This document shows positions 45,603 through 61,674 of a stretch of 64,000 nt of DNA, piece after piece. Source of the stretch: the human T2T-CHM13v2.0 reference genome, Homo sapiens. Under the pieces are notes generated by a model. That model did no database searches, was not told the DNA's origin, and saw only the letters and a program-made list of their open reading frames with translations. How positions within the stretch are numbered: the stretch's first letter is position 1; each line of letters opens with the position of its first letter. The translations under genes and the position numbers were made by a program. The stretch lies in NCBI RefSeq assembly GCF_009914755.1, contig NC_060947.1. One strand, 5' to 3'.

Positions 45603-45904
45603 TAGGGGTTGGCAAACTACAGCCTGTTTTTGTATGTCCCATGAGCTAAGAGTGGTTTCTATATTTTAAAATGGATTTTGAAAAGTACAAAAAATAATAT
45701 ATTATGACAAGTAAAAATTATATGAAATTTAAACGTCAATGCCCATGCATCATGTTTTACTGGAACACAGTCAGGGTCATGAGTTTATGTATCATTCATG
45801 GCTGCTTTTGCGCTAAAAATGAATAGCTGTGATTGAGATCCTATCTGTCAAAGCCAAAAATATTTACTCTCTGGCCCTTTACAGAAAAAAATTGCCAACT
45901 CCTG
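45603..45904. mobile_element. MER58B-like hAT-Charlie MITE
   Basis: Terminal inverted repeats aggggttggcaa / ttgccaactcctg; 8-bp TSD-like atttagag (45595-45602) and atctaaag (45905-45912). Confidence 0.82.
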
Positions 45905-45924
45905 ATCTAAAGCATACTTATGGC

Positions 45925-46420
45925 TCCTTTTAAAAAATTGCTTTTTTGTGGAAGTATAATGTGATACTTCAAGAAAGGGCAAAGGGTACAAACTCTATGA
46001 ATTTTTACATACGTATTTACCTGTGTGACTCCCACCCAAATCAAAATAAAGAACATTTCCAGCATCCCAAAAGTGTTCCTCTAAGCTGAAGTTATCCATT
46101 TTTCTAAGATCTATCACTCATGAATTGATTCTATTTGTTTCTGAAATGTAAATCAATGGAGTAATGTAGTATTTCAAATCAATGGAGTAATGTATTTTTT
46201 GGTTTGGCTTATTTATTCAACATTATGTGTATGAAATTCATGTTGTTGTACGTGACAGTAGTTTGTTCTATTGTATGAATGTACTATATATTCTACTCTT
46301 GTTGGATATTGGGTAGTTTTCAATTGTGGGCTATTATGAATACAGCTTCTATGAACATTTTTGTATACGTATTTTAGTGACTATAAATACTCAGCTCTCT
46401 TAAGTATACTCCTAGAATGA
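45925..46420 (-). mobile_element. L1ME-type 3' fragment
   Basis: cacccaaatcaaaataaagaacatttccagcatccca...gggctattatgaatacagcttctatgaacatt. Confidence 0.7.
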
Positions 46421-46595
46421 TGCTCCTAGGATGCTGATCCTTTTTTAAAAAAAAAACAGAACTACAATTTGCTACAAGCAAGGTACACTCATAGAACCTT
46501 TAAAAAATATAAAGCAAAAACATTTTTGGAGACGCATACTAAAATATTTAGGGGATAACTTGTAGAGTGTCATTTAAAAGGCTATGGCAATTATC

Positions 46596-47480
46596 TAGAA
46601 TCTACAAGAAACAAATAAATAAGCAAAAAATAAATAATCCAATTTAAAAAATGGGCCAAGGACACGAACATATACTTCTCAAAAGAAGATGTACAAGTGG
46701 CCAATGAACAAGAAAAAATGCTCAACATCACCACTCATCAGAGAAATGCAAATCAAAACCACAATGAGATACGATATCACATCAGTTGAAATGATGATGA
46801 TTAAAAAGTCAAAAAACAAGAAATCCTGGGAAGGCTGCAGAGAAAAAGGAGTGCTTATACACTGTTGGTGGGAATGCAAACTAGCTCAGCCACTGCGGAA
46901 AACAGTTTGGAGATTTCTCAAAGAACTTAAAACAGAGCTACCATTTGACCCAGCAATCCCATTACTGAGTATATACTCAAAGGAAAATAAATTGTTCTAC
47001 CAAAAAGACACATGCACTTGTATGTTCATCTATGAGCCATTCACAAAAGCAAAGACATAGAATCACTGGGCAACCCAGGTGCCAATCAGTGTTGGATTGG
47101 ATAAAGAAAATGTGGTACATATACACCATGGAATACTACGCAGCCATACAAAAAGGAGATCATGTCCTTTGCAGCAACATGGATGCAGCTGGAGGCCAAT
47201 ATTCTAAGCAAATTAAAGCAGAAACAGAAAACCAAATACCGCAAGTTTTCACTTATAACTGGAAGCTAAACATTGGACCTAAAGATGGGAACAACAGTCA
47301 ATGGGGACTACTTGAGGGCTCAGGGAGGGAGGGGGATGTGGGCTGAAAGACTACCTATTGGGTACTATGCCCACTACCTGGATAAAGGGGCCATCCACAC
47401 CCCAAACCTCAGTATCACACAATATACTCATATAATAAACCTGCACATGTATCCCCTGAATCCAGCATTAAAAAAAAAAA
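46596..47480 (+). mobile_element. L1PA16-like 3' fragment
   Basis: ORF2 C-terminus (HCWWECKL...WRFLKELK); 3'UTR ctacctattgggtactatgcccactacctgg...aacctcag; A tail. Confidence 0.85.
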
Positions 47481-47964
47481 GGAAACTGAAACTACATGAC
47501 AGGTCTCTTAGAGTTCATTTCATTGTACTCTATTCTTTAGTGCATTTGGAAACTTTCCCAATAAAAACTGGAAAAAAGAAACAGGTTGCAGTAAATAATG
47601 AAGCAGATCTACTATTATACTACCCAACTAGAATGCTAGACATTGGGGAAAGTTTCAGCTTCAGTAACTGTGACGAGTCCTGTATTTTCTAGCAGGTGAA
47701 CTTGTTTATCATGAAAATAATTGGTGATATCCAGCATAAATTGTGGGGACAAAAATAGAATGAAATGGGAGAAATTTCACATCTAGAGCTTGCCAGATAC
47801 ACATTCTTAGGCAATGTATTTACCTTTGTCTGCAAAATGAGAATTCCTGTACCCAGAATTACTTTGGGGATTATATGAAGCCAGACAGGTATGAGCCTTT
47901 TATTTAGCATCTAACACATGAGAAGCACTCAATAAATGTTGTTTAAAATTATGCCTATTATTCA

Positions 47965-48371
47965 TAGGCTGAAAGGGAGTTCAATTTCTGGCAAACTAAT
48001 GACACTCACTGAAAACAATTAGAAAATCTGAAAAAATATTAAAAGGCTCTATTTGAAGGCATAGGAGAACCATGAAGATGCAAGTATTAGTGGCACTAAG
48101 ATTCTATAGAGAGGAAAAGCCAGAGAAGTGAGCCTGGTGTTTAGTGCTGCTTTTTGCCTCGAGGCCTTTGAAAATTCCAAAAGCAGTGGCTAAGAGACTG
48201 AGAGATAGCACTGAGCTTTCAATAGACTCAGAGGGATCCTCAGTCAAAAGTTTGAGTTCTACACGGGAGGCTGGGGTGGGAGGATTACTTAAGCCTGGGA
48301 AGTCAAGGCTGCAGTGAGCCATGATAGTGCTACTACACTCCAGCCTGGGCAACAGAGTAAGACCCTGTCTC

Positions 48372-48402
<31 letters not shown>

Positions 48403-49300
48403 TTGAGCTCAAGACCACTAATAAGGATGGTTCCTGCCATATAATATACTCCAGGATTTCTGTTAGAATTCTAAAGCACTACACTCTAATTGGGAAATGG
48501 AAGGTTCCAGCTCTCAGAGACACTGAAGCCTAGTTTTGGATAATATTCTCTGATTGAATTAAGTTACTCTGGGATTCCTAGTTCCCCTAAAGTACCTGCC
48601 TGATGGAGGCAAAATAAAAATAAAGGCACTCTGGAGGAAGAATACATCATCCAGATCCACAAATTATCGCTTAATTTTTCTCATATAAAACGTTGAACAC
48701 ACAGTTTAAAAACAACCAGATGTATAAGAAGGAAAGGTTTGATCAAAAACCAACAGAGAAAGCAGACAATAAAAACAGACTCACCAGAGGTCCATATAAT
48801 GGGCATATTGTTCAAGGATTTCAAATATACAATTGTTCAAAGGATTTCAAATACACGATTGTTAATATATTCAAAGAATTTAAAGAAAATATGGGTAATT
48901 TTGGTAGCTAGTTAAAATGGGAATTATAGAAATGGAAATAATTAAGATTAAAAGCTCAATGGATTGTTTTAACTGAAAACTGGATGCAACGGATAGATAA
49001 TTACTTAACTGGAGCTTGGATCAGAATAAAAATATCCAGAATCAATCAGGGAAAAATAAAATGTGGGATTATACAGAAAAGAGCATTAGAGACTTTAGGG
49101 ACACAATAAAAAGGATTCCCAGAAAGAAAGGGGAGGAAGAATGGTCAAAGACTGTTACAGAGATAATGAACTAAAATTTCCCAAAAGTGATGAAAGACAT
49201 CACTCCACAAGCTGAATACATAGCAAGAAAACAATAACTAAATACTTTATACTACAACAGTTAACAAAAGGAAGTAGAAATTAAAAGAAAAATGATATAT
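47965..49300 (+). mobile_element. Highly degraded L1M 5'/ORF1-region remnant
   Basis: A-rich ORF1-like tract (aagattaaaagctcaatggattgttttaact, aaatatccagaat, aaatttcccaaaagtgatgaaagacat). Confidence 0.55.
48264..48398 (+). mobile_element. Alu right monomer (truncated AluJ or FRAM)
   Basis: gggaggctggggtgggaggattactt...gagccatgat...gaccctgtctc plus poly(A); degenerate TSD aaaagtttgagttc / aagaggttgagctc. Confidence 0.88.
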
Positions 49301-49315
49301 CCCTATAGACTTATT

Positions 49316-52300
49316 TTAAAAGATTATTTTTTTTTTCAATAGGTTTTTTGTGAAACAAGTGGTGACTGGTTACAAGAATAAATTCTTTAGTGGTGATTTC
49401 TGAGATTCTGATGCGCCCATCACCCTAGCAGTGTACACTGCTTTACATTTCTTTTTATGGCGGAGAAGTACTCCATGGTATGTATGTGTATATATTTTTG
49501 GCTAATCTCGCTAATGGTCTATCAATTTTATTTATCTTTTCAAGGAACCAGATTTTTGTTTCATTTATCTTTTATCTTTTTTATTTTTGTTGTTGTTGTT
49601 TCAATTTCATTTAGTTCTGTTCTGATCTTCGTTATTTCCTTTCTTCTGCTAGGTTTGGGTTTGGATTGCTCTTGTGTCTCCAGTTCCATGAGGCACGACC
49701 TTAGATTGTCTATTTGTGCTCTTTCAGACTTTTTGATGTAGTCATTTAATGCTATGAACTTTCCTCTTAGCACTGCTTTTGCTGTATCCCAGAGGTTTTG
49801 AAGGGTTGTGTAAGTATTATCGTGCAGTTCAAAGAATTTTTTAAATTTCCATCTTGATTTCATTGTTGACCCAATGATCATTCAGGAGCAGGTTATTTAA
49901 TTTCCATATTTTTGCATGGTTTTGACGGTTCCTTTTGGAGTTGATTTCCAATTTTATTCCACTGTGGTCTGAGAGAGTACTTGATATAATTTCGATTTTC
50001 TTAAATTTACTGAGACTTGTTTGTGGCCTATCATATGGTCTATCCTGGAGAATGTTCCATGTGCTGATGAATAGAATGTATATTCTGCAGTTGTTGGGTA
50101 GAATGTTCTATAAATATCTGTTAAGTCTATTTGTTGTAGGATATAGTTTAACTCCATTGCTTCTTTGTTGCTTCCTGTCTTGATGACCTGTCTAGTGCTG
50201 TCATGGAGTATTAAAGCCCACCACTATTATTGTGTTGCCATCTATTTCATTTCTTAGGTCTAGTAGTAATCGTTTTGTAAATTTGGGAGCTCCAGTGTTA
50301 GATGCATATATATTTAGAATTATATTTTCCTGTTGGCCTAATCCTTTTATCATTATATAATGCCCCTCTTTGTCTTTTTTAACTGCTATTGCTTTAAAGT
50401 TTGTTTTGTCTGCTATATGAATAGATACTCCTGCTCACTTCTGGTGTCCATTTGCATGGGATATATTTTTCCACCCCATACCTTAAGTTTATGTGAATCC
50501 TTATGTGTTAGGTGAATCTCCTGAAGACAGCAGAAACTTGATTGGTGAATTCTTATCCATTCTTCTCTTCTGTATCTTTTAAATGGAGCATGTAGGCCAC
50601 TTACATTCAATGTTACTATCGAGATGTGAGGTACTATTCTATTCATCATGCTATTTGTTGATTGTTATAATAAGTCCGGTGCGACTTATGCTATAAGGAG
50701 GTTTTATTTTGGTAAATTTTGATAATTCATTTTAAGATTTGGAGCTCCTTTTAGCAGTTCCTTTAGTGCTGGCTTGGTAGTGGCAAATTCTCTCAGCATT
50801 TGTTTGGAAAAGACTATATCTTTCCTTCATTTGTGAGGCTTAGTTTTGCTGGATACAAAATTCTTGGCTGATAATTGTTTTCTTTAAGGAGGCTAAAAAT
50901 AGGACCCCAATCCCTTCTTAGTTTGTAGGGTTTCTGCTGAGAAATCTGCTATGAATCTGACAGGTTTTCCTTTATAGGTTACCTCACGCTTTTGCCTCAC
51001 AGCTCTTAAGATTCTTTCCTTCATCTTGACTTTAGATAACCTGATGACTGTGTGCCTAGGCGATGATCATTTTGTGATGAATTTCCCAAGTGTTCTTTGA
51101 GCTTCTTGTATTTGGATGTCTAGATCTCTAGCAAGGCCAGACAAGTTTTCCCCAATTATTCCCTCAAATGTGTTTTCCAAACTTTTAGATTTCTCTTCTT
51201 CCTCAGGAACACCAATTATTCTTAGGTTTGGATGTTTAACACAGTCCCAAACTTTGTGGAGGCTTTGTTCATTTTTTAAAAATTATTTTTGCTTTGTCTT
51301 TGATGGCCTGGGTTAACTTGAAAGCCTTGTCTTTGAGCTATGAAGTTCTTTCTTCTGCTTGTTTGACTATATTGCTGAGACTTTCCAGTGCATTTTGCAT
51401 TTCTCTAAGTGTGTCTTTTATTTCCGGAAGTTGGGATTTTTTTTTATTTATGCTATTTCACTGAAGAATTATCCTTTCATATCCTATATAATGTTTTTGA
51501 TTTCTTTAAGCTTGACTTCACCTTTCTCTGGTGCCTCCTTGATTTGTTTAATATTCAACTTTCTGAATTCTTTTTCTGGAAATTCAGAGATTTTGTCTTG
51601 GTTTGGAGCCATTGCTGATGAGCTGGTATGATCTTTTGAGGGTGTTAAAGAACCTTGTTTTATCATATTACCAGAATTGTTTTTGTGGTTCCTTCTCATT
51701 TAGGTAGATTATGTCAGGGGGAAGATAGGGGATTCAGGGGCTGCTGTTCAGATTCTTTTGTCCCACGGGGTGCTCCCTTCATGTTGTGTTCTCTCCTTTC
51801 CCCTAGGAATGGGGCTTCCCGAGAGCCTAACTGTAGTGATTGTTTTTGCTCTTCTGGATCTAGCCACCCGGCAGAGCTACCGAGCTTCAGGCTGGTACTG
51901 GGGAGTGTCTGCAACGAGTCCTGTCATGTGATCTGTGTTCAGGTCTTGCTGCCATGGATACCAGCACCTGCTCTGGGGGAGGTAGCAGGGGAGTGAAGTG
52001 GATTCTGTGAGGGTCCTTGGCTGTGTTTTTGTTTAGTGTGCTGGTTTTATGATGGTTGATCTCCAGCCAGGAGGTGATGCTTTCAAGAGCGCATCAGTTG
52101 TGATAATATAGGGAGGATGCAAACTTGCCCTAGTGCCCAAGGGAGCATCCCGTGGGACAAAAGAACCTAGTATTCAGGTTTCTCAGTCGGTGGGCAGGGC
52201 CACAGAGCTCCCAAGAGATTATGACCTTTGTCTTTGGCTACCAGGGTGGGGCGGGGTTAGGTGTGTCTGAGCTCAGCCTCTCCTAGCGTGGGGCTTGCTG

Positions 52301-52739
52301 AGGCTGCTGTGAGGATGGGGGTGTGGTTCCCAGTGGAATGGATTTATATTCCCAGGGGGATTATGGCTGTCTCTGCTGAGTCATACAGGTTTCCAGGGAA
52401 GTGGGGGAAAGCTGGCAGTCACAGGTCTCACAGAGCCCGCAGTCCTAAATGCCAGTCTCACTCCCACTGTGCCCCTGCAATAGTACCAAGTCTATTTTTA
52501 GACAGCTAGTCACCAGGGCTGAGATCTCGCCCCAGGCCATGAGACAGCGGCCTGCCGCAATGATCCAGTTCCTTCAAAGCATCTGTGGATGCTCTCAGCT
52601 TTCCTGGTATATTCCTGTGGTATTTCTTGGAGCATAAGTTCACGATGTGAGTCTCCACATGCTGCTCTTGTCCCTCTGAATGGGAGCTGCAAGCTAATCC
52701 TGCCTCCTATCTGCCATCTGAATCCCTGCTAGTGCTCCA
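49316..52739 (-). mobile_element. L1PB/L1PBa element with both ends but most of ORF2 deleted
   Basis: 5' end at about 52726 (reverse complement of gggattcagatggcagataggaggcagg); ORF1 and endonuclease remnants at 49500-51700; L1PB 3' end and poly(T) at 49326-49440; TSD CTATAGACTTATT at 49303-49315 and 52740-52752. Confidence 0.9.
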
Positions 52740-52752
52740 CTATAGACTTATT

Positions 52753-54625
52753 AGAATGACTAAAATCCAAAACACTAACACCACCAAATGTTGGTGAGGA
52801 CGTGAAGCAAAAAGAACTTCATTCGTTGCTAATGGGGATGCAAAATGATACACCCACTTTGGAAGACAGTCTGACAGTTTCTTAAAAGCCAAACATAGTA
52901 TTATCAGACAATCCAGTGATCATGCTCCCTAGTATTTATCCAAATGAAATGAGAACTCATGTCTACATACAAACCTGCAATGAATGTTTACAGCAGCTTT
53001 ATTCATCATTGCCAAGATTTGGAAGCCCAAGATGTCCTTCGATAGGTGTATGGATAAACAAACTGTGGTGCATCCTTACGATGGAATGTTATTCAGCACT
53101 AAAATGAAATGAGCCATGAGAAGATACAGAGGAATCTTAAATGCATGCTGCTAAGTGACAGAAGTCCGTCTCGAAAGGCTACATACTGTATGACTCCAAC
53201 TCTGTGACATCTTGGAAAAGTCATAACTATAGAGATAGTAAAAATATCAATAGTTGCCAGGAATTTGGGTAGAGGGAGGGAGGGACAAATAGGTGAAACA
53301 CGGGGAATTTTTAGGGGAATTAAACTGTTCTGTATTATCCAAAGTAAGAAACCAAACTTTAAAACAAAAACTATATGATGATCTTAGTAGGTGCAGAGAA
53401 AGCATTTAATAAATCTACCATTCATTACTGGTTATTTAAAAAAAAAAAAAAACTCATCGCAAAATAGAAATAGAGAACTTCCTCAACCTTATACAAGGCA
53501 TCTATTTAAAAAACACTACAGCTAGCATCATAGTTAATTGCAAAACCCTGAATATTTTATTCTAAGTTCAGGAACAAAACAAGGATGTCCATTCTGCATT
53601 CAATATTATACTGGAGTTTCCAGCCAATGCAATCAGGCAAGAAAATTAAATAAACAGCCTCTAGATTGTAAAAAAAAATAGTAATAAGTAAAACTGTCTT
53701 TATTCATAGAAGTCATTGTTAATGTAGAAAAGCTGATGAAATTTACAAAGAAGTTATTAGAACTAAAATGTGAGAGTAGCAAGTTTGCTGGTACAAGATC
53801 AATATACAAAATGTTTACGTATTTATAATAAAAAGTCAGAAATTAAAATAAAAACAATACCATTTAAAATAGTATGAAAATATGAAATATTTTAGGATTC
53901 ATGTGATGAAATATGTAAAAGATCAGTACAATGAAAACTACAAAACACTGTTGAGAGAAATAAATGGAGATCTAAATAAATGGAGACATGATACTGCCTT
54001 TATGGGTCATAAGACTTATTATTGTTATGATACCAATTCTCTGCAATTGATCTACAGATTTAACAAAACCCCATCCAAAACTGTAGCATGCTCTTTGGTG
54101 CAAATTGACGAGCAGATTCTAAAAGTCACAGAGAAATGCAAAAGACCCTGAATGAGCAAAACAGTTTTCAAAAAGAAGAACAAAGTTGAAGAGCTAAAAC
54201 TACCTGATTTCAAGACTTATGAGAAAGTCTTAGTCATACTATAATTATGTCAGACCGTGTAACATTACTGCAAAGAGAGACAAACAAGTAAGTGGAATAA
54301 AGTCCAGAAAGAGACCCCCACACTCGAACTAATTTTTCACAAAGTTGCAAGGCAATTCATTGTAGAAAGGATTGTTTTTTCAATAAAAGACGTTGGAGCA
54401 AATGAATATCTGTATGCAAAAATATAAAATTTTATACATATCTTACATTATATATAAATATTAACTCAACATAAATCATCGACCTAAATCTCAAACCTAA
54501 AACTGTAAAACTTGTAAAGGAACACATAGGAGAAAAGCTCTGTGATCCTGGGTTAGGCAAAGACTTCTTACATCGACAATAAAAGCATGATCCATGAAAG
54601 AACAAACTGATACACTGGACTTCAT
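52753..54625 (+). mobile_element. Old L1M fragments (L1MC/MD-type 3' region, then an ORF2 RT-region remnant)
   Basis: ORF2-like remnants (ENYKTLLREI, WINKLWCI); boundaries approximate. Confidence 0.7.
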
Positions 54626-54964
54626 ATGCATGTATGTATATAACACAGTCTATCAACTCACCCATTGAGGGACTTTTATGTTGCTTCCACAGCTTGACTA
54701 TTATGTGTAATGCTGCAATGAACATGGGAGTACAAGTATCTCTTTGAAATCCTGATTTCAATTCTTTTGGATAAATATTCAGTAGTTGGATTGCTGGATC
54801 ATATGGTAGTTCCATTTAAAATTTTTTGAGAAATCTTGATACTGTTTTCCATAGTGGCTGCACCGTTTTATATTCCCACCAACAGTGCACAAGGATTCCA
54901 ATTTATCCACATCCTCTCCAACACTCGCTACTATTGTTTTTGAAAATAATGTTCATTCTCTATT

Positions 54965-56060
<1,096 letters not shown>

Positions 56061-58417
56061 AAGAAATGGCCATCCTACCATGTGAGGTGATAGCTCATTG
56101 TGGTTTTGATTTGTATTTTCCTGATAAGTGGTGTTGAACATCTTTTCATATGCTAGTTGACCATTTGTACGTCTTCTTTGGAGAAATGGCTACTCAGGTC
56201 CTTTGCCTATTTTAAAAGTGGATTATTTGGTTTTTCTGCTATTGAGTTGTAGGATATCCTTAGCAGTTAGATATTACCTACTTATCAGATACGTGGTTTG
56301 TACATTTTTTTTCTACTCTGTAGGTTGCTTTTTCACTCTGTTGATTATTTCCTTAATATTACTTGTTTAATGTCTAAAAATAATGCCAAATTAGTTTAAT
56401 TTGGCTTTAGTTTTCTTGCAATTAAACACAGAATGCATTCTCAGTTCATGACTCATAGCTGCTGAAGAGTTCCTTTTAGAGAATGAATCTGTAATTTAGT
56501 TTTTCTATTTTCTATGAATGCATTTGACTGCTTTATCTTCTTTAGAAGCTCCAGCTCAGATGTGGTTGGATACTTCAATGCACTTGTGACTGAGACACAA
56601 CACAGTCTAATTACAAAGCATTCTATCACTCAGGCACAGGGATATAAACAGATATATATAATATGCTTTCATCATATATTCTTATGTGCAATTTGGGCAA
56701 AATCACTGAACATTGTCTGAATTTCAGATTCCCAATTTCTAATGGGGAATTTTATTACAATTCTTTGACTCTTTTATTTTCCCACTGTTTGTGGTCTATT
56801 ACTAGGTGAAACAATTTCTTCTGGTGGGATTGGCAATGCTGAAAACTTATATTACTATACATCCACCTGTGCTTATGGAGTTGAATAAGAGATATTAAGT
56901 ATCATTCATTCTGGGATCACTAGAACCAGTCAGATGGTTCTGGGCCTGCACGGTCACATCTTTGCTTGAATTATTTATATGCGATTATTTTGCTTTTAAA
57001 AATAAGAGATGCAATTGGTGAAGCTGTTAAAATGACTGTAATTAAAGTAATACAAGAGAAAATGATCCAATTTTGTGGATAGCTGTTTATTCTGCATTTT
57101 ACCTTTCAAAACAATTAAATTGTTGTTATACACTTATATGCTCACAGGGAATATTGGCAATAAAATTTTAAACTGGGGAAAATTAGTATTTTATATCAGC
57201 CCATTAGAAAAATAAGCAAAGAACCTAATCGCTGTCCATTAGGTTGAGACAAATGCTGGTCTCAGGAGATGGTTATTCCATTATTTTCCCTAGTAAATAA
57301 GAAAACAGGGGGGAACTTCCCTCCGTTATTCTCAGGCCTGTGAGGCCACTAGGATTGGTAGTTAAAGGGCCATAATTTGGTAAGAGTTTCTATGGCCCAC
57401 TGAGTTATCCAATGATGATGGCTTAAACTATACTTTAACCCTACACCTGCCTCAACTGATTCCCCACTCCTCCTTAGGTTAGAAAATTGCATTGCCCTGG
57501 AGGTTTGTGTATTTGGGTGTCTGGGTAGACTTGATCCTTCTGCCATTTTTCAATTAAATGAAAATTCACAATGAAATTACATTCTAAATGTCTTTCAAAA
57601 AGTACGAACAATTATTCATTACTCTATTTGAATAGCTCAGTAGCCTTTAGTTTTCATCTGAATTTTAATCTAATTGATAACGACCTTCAGCCAACTTCCT
57701 TCTCTTTCAAATTCCCTAATCACATTTTACAACCCTACCATCAGACTGCCCTGAAATAGGCACATCCACGTGGAGGTGCCAAGGAAATCTATGTAGGCTT
57801 GAAACACTTAAAAAGAACTGGAGTGGACAAGAAAAAGAAAGATCATCCAAGTTCTTCAAGTTTACAAAATGTAATATCTGGTAATGCATCTCATTTAATG
57901 GCCCAAAGTAATTTTCAAATTATTTTCTAAAAATAACACAGACTTTATATTTCCAGAAAACCCAAGTTCAGCATGGTATTGCAGTGTTTAATATCATTTC
58001 AGAATAGTCATAAAGCCTTGTTTTTAACATTTCTTCATCTTTAAATGAGCCTAGCATTATCTCCCTAATGATCAATAAATGTAGACCTGTAACAGTCAAG
58101 ATCTATGCCAATTAATCCGGAAATGTTGGAAAAGTAACTTGAAGAGAACATTGCTCCTCAGAAATAAATCCCACAATTTAAGAGAATCAGTGGGGTTCCA
58201 GGGCTTTACTGCCACCAAGCCAAGTCACAAAACCAAATGTGAAAACAATGTAATCAAGCATTTAAATGATTTATCTGAATGCTGGATGCTTGGTTTAATA
58301 AAGCTGGGACAACTTGCCTAACTGCTTCAGTGTTTCACATTTCATGGGTTTTTATGGGGTTGTGTAGACACTAACCAGAAGACCCTATGATCTATTTTTA
58401 CTAAATAAAAATTGTGC

Positions 58418-58700
<283 letters not shown>

Positions 58701-59114
58701 TAAAAAATTAGGCATAGTATTGTACATGCCTTGAATTTATATAATGCTCTCTATTATGGCATTTTACAAGAGAGAAGATTTAAAGTGTGCCATCTGACTT
58801 GCAAGTAAAAAGAGCATCTCCAAAATGATACTAGTTACTGTGAAAATATAGCAGCAGACAACTTGTTCCTGGGAAACAAAAGGATGATTACAAAAATCCA
58901 TCACCAAAAGCTCGTTTGAAAGCCTTATCCTGCAAGAAAGGGCTCAGCTGTTAGAGTTCTGCTCCTTATATCAGTCCTTCCCCTTACCACTTCCTTCTGG
59001 TACTGCCTGATCCAGGTTACAGGTGTTTAGGCCATTTTAGAGAAGAATGAGAATGTACCAACATGCAATGGGCATTTTCTTGGAGCATCTGAATCCATTC
59101 TAAGAGTCAGTCTA

Positions 59115-59463
<349 letters not shown>

Positions 59464-60539
59464 TGAAAAAGCTTCATCCTAAAAGAAACAAAATACACAT
59501 AATTAGGCCAAATGGAATGGGCCTAATAACTTCATCTAAAATGAAAATCTGATCTCAAAAGTGTACAGATGGGAGTAAATGTGTTTTTAATATTTTATCT
59601 TACTTTCTTGCACTGCATGATTTCAGTGTCGGTTCTGTTTCTATTTAATTCCAAAAGGGCTTCATATTTAAGGATTTCTTCAACTCTGCGACAAGAAAAA
59701 TTAAGGGTAGTTTTGAAGAGATAAGCTCTTCGGAGACTAAAGAACATTTTTTCAAAGTTTATCTTCTGACAGCACATTAATATTTTTATTCTGAAGTCTT
59801 TGTGGTTTTAGGGTAGACCGAACAGCATTGACAACAACTTAGTAATGATCCTAGTAACCACGGCACCTCCCTCACCTCTTAGCTGGTGTGTAATTAACAG
59901 TTTAAAAATTATCCTGAGTAGGAAATAGTTGTCCAGTATTATTGCCTCTGCGCAATTTGACCAGCTGCCAGCTGAGAAACCTTTGTGGCAAAACTTTATA
60001 AGCTTATCTCTTGGTTCATTTGGGTTAATGGCGGGGAGAAAGAAAGGACAGTCTTCAAGTTGCTGCTAATTAAAATGATTGCTATGACTCCTCTCTGAGG
60101 ACTACTCTTTCAGTTATAAAGTGCATGTGTAAATGGAGCACCCCAGGCATCTGCAAATTCAGAAAAGCAAGTCACAACCACTGAGGCTTTTTTTTTTTTT
60201 TAAACTAACATACAATAGGCTCAGCTGGAAAATAAAATGGTGAGGGAATCTGTTTACAAGAGCTCTTTAGATTTTCTTGTATGATAACCTGTTTTGAGGA
60301 ACATTGGGAAAATATTGGTTTTTTTTTTTCTTTTTTTTTAAGGGCAATTAATGGAAGTTGGATTTCACATTTATGGGACAAAGTTCTCACCCGCCATTTA
60401 AATTTTTCACAAAGGGGGCTTCTGATGTTTTGGGGAATATTAGTGCCATCACAGCTACTGTCACTGTCCCACTCATGAACCAAGGGCATCTTACTACAAG
60501 CACCATGCCTCTCTACCAGAGGTCAGTCTCCAGCCATTG

Positions 60540-60889
60540 CTCAAGTTGTGCATAGGACAGGCTCATTCTGGGGAATTAGGCTTCCTGGAGCAGCCATCCA
60601 TAAATGACAACAGGAATGGATAGATAAATACCACAAGCCTCCTTGGCTCTTAGATGGAACAGGTCTGAGATGTTCCCTCCACTGTCTCACAGAAGTTCCC
60701 AGTGGGATTGTACCCCAGCTACCCTCAGGTGGTAACCACCTATTATGCAACTTCTACTGGCTTCCTTCCTTTTTATGTCCTGTTTCCTCATTTTCCTTTC
60801 AGTAATTGTTGGGATCACCTACCAAACAAGCTATGTGCACTCAAATCCTTGATTCAGGATCTGCTTTGCAAGAATGCAACCCAAGACAA
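60540..60889 (+). mobile_element. LTR16C-like (ERVL) solo LTR
   Basis: cagaagttcccagtgggattg...gggatcacctaccaaacaagcta...gcactcaaatccttg...caacccaagaca. Confidence 0.72.
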
Positions 60890-61246
60890 GTGCTATTGCT
60901 AAGATAGAGCTACAGAGATATTCTAGCTTGTACGGATCCAGATAAATCACTTCTCATTTTATTTATCTCCTTAACTTCCTTAATCACAACCCAAAAAAAG
61001 GAGCCCCAGTAAAATATGCAAAGCTTGGCAACACCTAAACAATACAAAGGATTATTACACATCTGATACCAAAACATTAATAAATGTTCATGGGATTTTG
61101 GTAAACAAATCAAATTTTAAAAGAACTCACTTCCAAGCATTTCATATCACTTGTGATACTGTCATACAGTCACAGGGATATCTAGGAATTTAGGTTAGAC
61201 ACCTATTAACTGGAAACATGATTAGTTCATTGAATACTAAACATAG

Positions 61247-61674
<428 letters not shown>

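Noticed and set aside
48827-48867. Short tandem duplication of about 25 bp (similar ones at about 46150-46194 and 17698-17742)
   Set aside because: Ordinary slippage duplications with no further structure.
57311-57320. NF-kB-like motif GGGAACTTCC
   Set aside because: A single 10-mer is expected by chance in 64 kb, and there is no supporting context.
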